Position numbers and translations under genes: made by a program
Shown: positions 58,142-64,000 of the stretch, one piece after another
Layout: every line of letters begins with the position of its first letter
Numbering within the stretch: the first letter of the stretch is position 1
The notes under the pieces: generated by a model
What the model was told of the DNA's origin: nothing
The model's input: the letters and a program-made list of their open reading frames with translations, nothing else
The model's database searches: none
Origin: Laetmonice hystrix
Taxonomy: Eukaryota
Reading direction: 5' to 3'
DNA length: 64,000 nt
Assembly: GCA_965235115.1 (NCBI GenBank)
Contig: OZ249436.1
Location: 51,710,001-51,774,000, forward strand

Positions 58142-61100
58142 ATGTGCCTGGAGTTCCTCCGCGGCTCGACTCCACACCATGCTGGAGGTGACGGTATTGT
58201 GAAGAGGATCACCAGACGATACTACAGCAAGGCTCTCACCACCGTGCCTCCCGGCGAGTCGTACAGCGGCACCGACGACAACACGCCTTGTTTCGATAGT
58301 AACGGTTTGATCCAAAATGACGGAGTGATTACTTGGACCTCAGTGATGGCGGACAGACAGGCGCTCAACTTGGAGAGTTTGTTGACGATGACCCCCATCG
58401 TGAACGGGGTGGATCTAGTCGGGCGAGGCGCCAGACAACTCTTTCTGTCCCATGTCAAATCGCAGCCAAATGTCCGCGATACGTTCTTCCCCAGCCACGA
58501 GAGGGATCGCTACGAATCCAACATCGACCCCGCCTGGTTTGACTTTGAGGCTTTCGCCAACATCTATGTATGTCAGTCGATATACCAAAACAAGGATGAG
58601 TATAACATATGTAAGATGGTAGATGGTATGAAAATCGAGGACATGCTTGCAGACTTTTACCGGAGTCCTGATTGGAAGAAAATAGGTAGGCTAATTTTGA
58701 ATTACTTCTTTTCCTAATTGTCATATATATATGCGAATTTCCGTTGCCTACCAAGTCTTCTTTCTCTGAAGCGTTAGATTTGATGTCGGGGCCTATATTT
58801 TTGATAAAGATGACCCCTCATGAAGGCATTCACTATCCCTGCTGCGAGTGCAGCTTTATGACTGAGAAGATATACACGATAAAGGTTAAAAAAGAAGAAG
58901 AAATATCTGTTCATGCGGGAGACTGTTCATTTTTGTAGCCTTATTTTGCCGTGAAAGTCTTATGATGAAAGCCTACACTGAAATATGTAGGTAGGCCTAT
59001 AGGCCTAACACCAAATTTAGGGATGCTGAATTAAATTACACTTCTTCTAAAAAGACGAAAAAACGGCCTTCCCAAACTTCGCCCACCGGTAAACCGGCTT
59101 CAGCCGCTATACCATGTGTTGTTGGACATTGTGAGCGCATGCGCAGATGCGTCATGCTCGTTTAACATCTGCAGCAACATCCGGCTGTGTGGTTTTTAGG
59201 TGTAATTCCAAGTCATGCCGAGACCTATATATACAGGAGTTGGGTCTCGTCGACATACCGCAGGCTCGGTACGATCCTTTAGACCACATGACACGAATCG
59301 CATCACCACTATAGCCGCCCATTAGGCATGTTAGATTTGGTGTGCCCCAGATAATATGCAGTTTGGTGTTCTATAAAGGCATCATATCTTTTTGTTCCTA
59401 GGCTACTTGGGATCCAAAGTTCTAATGCCCATAGACTGATGGCATGCTGTGACGGTCACGTAGTGCTTCCAAAATTAGTTTGATGAGTTTTCCATACATA
59501 TACGTGAGAATATATAGGCCTATGCTATAGTAGAAATATTTATACATGAGACAGCCAAATTTTATACAAGAGAAATATATAGTCAATTTTATCATTTTAT
59601 TCTCTATGCAGTGTGATCTATCACACTCTGCGAAACGTCCATAGTTGCACTCTTTGTCCTCTTAGGCAGCCTACGTATCCTGCTGTCCTGCCTAGCTCTT
59701 ATTATATTCGGTTCTGGTTTCCAGTCATAACTTCTGGCTATTGAAATAGTTGGTCCATGTTATTTAGAAATAATCATTCATAGTTTAGGTAGGCCTACTC
59801 TCTGGTCAACTATTAGCTCCACGTCGTGGTAACTGAATTACAATTAATAGCTAGGTTTAGAACCTGCAATCAGTGCACGTAATAACCATGCAACGCAGGC
59901 TATATGTAAGGAGATCCAAGTTATCTGGATGCATTGTTGTTGACAGAACAAATTGTCCAAACTATTTAGAAAATCCAAAACAAATACGTTGCTCTCGATC
60001 CCAACTTTGTCCACGAGTCCCTACTCGCTGACTGCAGTTGTCACTCATCTAGTCCCTACCATAATCTTGCAGAGCGCTATAAACTCTGCGGTGTCCTAAA
60101 AGTCGAGGACTCCTAAACTGTGCAATATGTAATAAATTGCTATAATATATTTTTCTTCTCACATCTACCTTGTTCGCTTCTTCTTTGACAGCCATTTTCT
60201 AAAAGCCTTACGAAATTAAGCCAGCTTCCCTTATCAGAGAGCACTAAGAAACGGGCTTCCTGATACATATCCCGAGTACATTCTTGAAATTGGGAAACCC
60301 TTTATTATAATTCTGTACGAGTATAGGTTTCGTATATGGCGTTAGTCCTAAAAGCAAAACATACATTCATAGTCCTTGACGAAGGGGAGAGGGGTTTCCC
60401 CGAGGTACGGAGTGAACGACCTCTGCCTGGAGAGTTGACCCAGCCGGTTGTACTATATGCCCGACCGCCACCAGACTATGATCTCGTTTTGTTAAATTAA
60501 CCCCTGGCTATATAATGTCAGGTCAATTGATGTAACATCGCGGCCCGTATAGCCGGATATCACGAACTGATGATCTCAATGATATGTCATTAGATCCCAT
60601 CTATGGCCAATTATATTGTGTATAATGATTATGTAACTGGGTGACAGAAGGGCGGGTTTATCGAGCGAAATACCTTACACTACCAGACCAATAATGTAAA
60701 ATAATAAGGGGAAAAATATAGGAATAAGAAATTCACTATATGTCCTAGAGCTAGCAGAATATTATTTGAAGCATCGTCTAAATCAGATATGCCAGACTTC
60801 ACATCGTTCTGTTGACCTTGTTTAGGTCATATTTTAAAGCATTATCTCTCAGGCTTGGTCGTACACTTTATAGAGGGGAGCAAAGCGCCACGGGGGAAAA
60901 AGAGCCTTGAAAGCAATATAAATGTAGGCCCCTACTATTAAAAAATTTTGATTGCTGATATTAATCCAACGACAACACTTGTAATTGATTATTATGTACC
61001 TGTATGCAATTAAATTTTCCACTCTTAATGTTGTTGTTTTTTTCGTTCAGGTTTCGCTCTCTACACGTTGTTATTCAAGGATCTGGTCATCGACAGAGAC

Positions 61101-62323
61101 AATATGATTCCATTTTCTGCATATTTAGAAAATGACAGGTAAACTTGATATTTGATTATTGGGATTGAATTTAGTATTAGTTTGATTGGGGATGAGGGAT
61201 TAGGGAGGGGGAGGGGAGGGGGGGGGAGGAGGAGGAGGTGGAGGAGGCGGAGGAGGAGGGAGAGGGGGAGGAGGAGAAAGACGAGGGGAGGAGGAGGAGG
61301 GTGAAGGGATCATTTAGAAATGAAATTAGTCTAGAGGGAGTCCGACCTAACCCCGACAGCTCCACATTATAATGATTGCCAGATCCTGAGAAGAGAGGGC
61401 AAGGTTCAGTTCATTGAAAACGTTCTTACGATGATTTGTATTTCAGGCGTTATTGGGCATCAAAACTTTGTGAACGGATGCATGACAGTCAGTGGCTTCA
61501 CAGCGTCACCCAACCGGTAACTCAGGGCAAATCAACCCACTCCCAGTGCAGCCAGGAAATGAACATTCTTTTCGTTAAACTTCACCTCCTAGATCCAACC
61601 ACCGTATTTCAGGCTCACGCCCAGTTGAAGAAAGGTAACTTATACCTAAACACATTTCACTACTTCTAAAACACCGAAGTGCTAAAGAGAGAGGAAAGTT
61701 TGTTGAGTAGCAATAAATGAAAACGCAAAAGTTTCACAGTCTGTTTTTTTCAAAAGCTATACATGGGACATCACATCGGAGTAAATAGTCCATTACGGCG
61801 TGTTGGACTAAGGCCCTATATCTGTTCAGAGATCGTGTATGGGTCAGCAGAAGTCATGCACTCAGACGAAGCAGAGAAAGTTATTTGTGAGTTCCGGAAC
61901 TGGGACACAGCCCCCGCCCAAAGCGCGAGACGCAGACGCCAGCTCCATTGCCTCCTTTACCCGATCCTCCATATTTTTTATTTCCCACTTGGTCGTCTGC
62001 CTCAGCTGTTTCCGGTAATAAAGTATCGTTTTCTCTGTCTTGCTGTAGCTCTTCCAGCCCTGAATCTCGAACTAGTCACTACGAACTACCTTGGAGGACC
62101 TTTAGAGTGGAAGCTCATCAGGGCCGATGTGCAGGCGGCCATTAAAAAGCCAACGCTACCCAAGAACGCCTCCAAACTGAGCATGGAGGAAGTGGACGTT
62201 TACTATGGCATTCCTGTCATTGAATTCATCATGCTGGAACCGAAACGGATGGGGCTGTGGAGTGGGCGTTACGCTGACAACAAACGGCCAGCCCGGGTCA
62301 GGGACCGCTGTACTATCATGTGA
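58142..62323 (+). CDS. Uncharacterised 364-aa protein with C-terminal CaaX box (CTIM)
   Basis: Exons 58142-58685, 61051-61138, 61447-61634, 62049-62323. GT-AG junctions in phases 1, 2, 1 join to 1095 nt with no internal stop. Ends RPARVRDRCTIM*. The start codon choice is inferred. Confidence 0.8.
61187..61308. repeat. (GGA)n / G-rich low-complexity tract in an intron
   Basis: Runs of GGAGGAGGA and poly-G. Confidence 0.85.
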
Positions 62324-64000
62324 CCTCCGGTGTATACACACCTGTTTTCTATGAGACACCCCCCCCGGTAGCACAGAGAAAAAAACTTTCCAAAATTCTA
62401 GAATTCGAAAGAAAAACTAGGTTTGTATATAAGAGTTTTGTTCCTGTATATAAAGTAACTTAGGTCTTGATGACTATATAGCGTACGGACTGTTTCTTTA
62501 TTTGAAGACTTGAACACGTCCTAAAATTGTGATTTTTCTACCTATAACGAGTGGCGTTATTTGTACAAGATTGGACTTTGTAAGGGTGTCTGCCATGCAG
62601 TGAGACATTTCTCCGGATTTCAGAGAAACGTTTGGTGAAGCATATGTGAACCATGATTTTAATCAAATGTAAATATATATTTTAAGGGAGAATTTGAATA
62701 AATTGTAATGAATAAGGCGCATTACAACATTGCCTTTTCAAAAGGGATTTCTAACCAGTCGTCCAGATTCCAGGGCTTCCGGCGACTAAGAGCAAAATTT
62801 GATTTTATTCCTCGAGTTCTGTAACTTTAACGTATAGTCTTTTGGTAAAGAAAAAGGGTTGAATCGAAATAGGTGCGAAATAGTATACTAATAAAAGCCT
62901 AGCCCGAGTTTGTGCGTATAAGTCGATTGGGTTAGGTGCCCTCCAACATTCTAAGAGAGGTCCGTGACCCAAAAAAGATTAAGACCCTGATTTATACCAG
63001 TTCAGGTCCATATAATGCAAATGTGAGACCTTGACGAAGGGCAATGCGAGCGGTGATGGCAGGCACATAGTTCAAAGGGTCCGAAGGTATAGGCGGTAAA
63101 AACAACAGGTGATGGTTAAATAAAAAAAAAACACGAAATATATCCATAGTTATGGACGTCTTGATTTTTTTTATTGAGAATCTTTTGACAGGTTTGTCAG
63201 TGACAAGAGATATAAAACCTGTTTTGCATTCTTCCCTACTACATGTACATAGTAATGAGAATTGGCGCTTTCAGCTTTCAATCTTTGTGCAGTTGTGGTT
63301 ACGACAAAACAACCATCTAGATCGGACCTAAAACTGTGTCATTCAAGATGCCATAACTGACGACATTTCTGTTAAGGACGACAGCAATCACACGTTATAC
63401 AATGCACAAAACTGTACCATATTATGTACATGATGCGTATGCTATATCAATGAAACGTAATAATTACAAAAAGTGGATTATACAAATATTATGAGTATAA
63501 CGTTTATCTTCAAAAACAAACGTCGATCGCGTTATTTTCTAGAACGATTTTATATCGAGAAATTAAAAAGAAACGCAACCAGGACAAACGTGTAAAGCGC
63601 GACTACAGCCTGCACGTGGACGATCTATTGGTGTAATTTGTCAAACAATAAATATAAGAACAAATTAACAAATAAACAGGGGTTAATTTGATTTCAGATG
63701 ACCTTGGAATAACAATGCCGCCCATAGCCTACATATACATTAACTGGTCATATTAAGAATTACCAAACCAGTATTCAGAACAATAGACTCGTAATACAAT
63801 GGTTATCTTATTCATGTTTTTCTCCTTTTAACCCATTAATATATAGCCTCCACCTATGGTAGCCATAGACAAAGTGATTATAGGAATTTTACCATCTTTA
63901 TCGTAAGGATGGCTGTATGTTGACAGAAGGACGTATAATATTGGGTCTTCGCGGAGTTTTCCTATATGATATACGGCAAAACGTTTCACTCAGGTTCACG

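Overview
This is intron-rich, MITE-laden animal genomic DNA; the protein and repeat types suggest a lophotrochozoan invertebrate (inference). (1) 6.5-29.7 kb (+): four tandem paralogues of a two-coding-exon gene. Each encodes a ~55-aa N-terminal domain, an acidic linker and nine C2H2 zinc fingers. The paralogues differ mainly at the DNA-contacting helix positions of fingers 1-6, while fingers 7-8 are invariant. (2) 30.1-31.8 kb (-): an intact single-coding-exon GT61-type glycosyltransferase. Decayed copies of its 3' end lie behind the first three ZNF genes and mark the duplication breakpoint. (3) 35.3-51.6 kb (-): a gene of at least 22 exons for a membrane-anchored collagen. It has an N-terminal beta-rich domain, about 420 Gly-X-Y triplets with Thr rather than Pro dominating Y, three Ca-binding EGF repeats, a C-terminal TM helix and a cytoplasmic tail; the 5' end is unresolved. 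(4) 53.2-56.2 kb: a duplicated block containing a 52-bp satellite with 4-mer higher-order structure. (5) 58.1-62.3 kb (+): a four-exon uncharacterised 364-aa protein ending in a CaaX box (CTIM). Many non-autonomous DNA transposons and apparent excision footprints can be confirmed against empty paralogous sites. All gene models were read by eye from splice signals and frame; no database searches were run.
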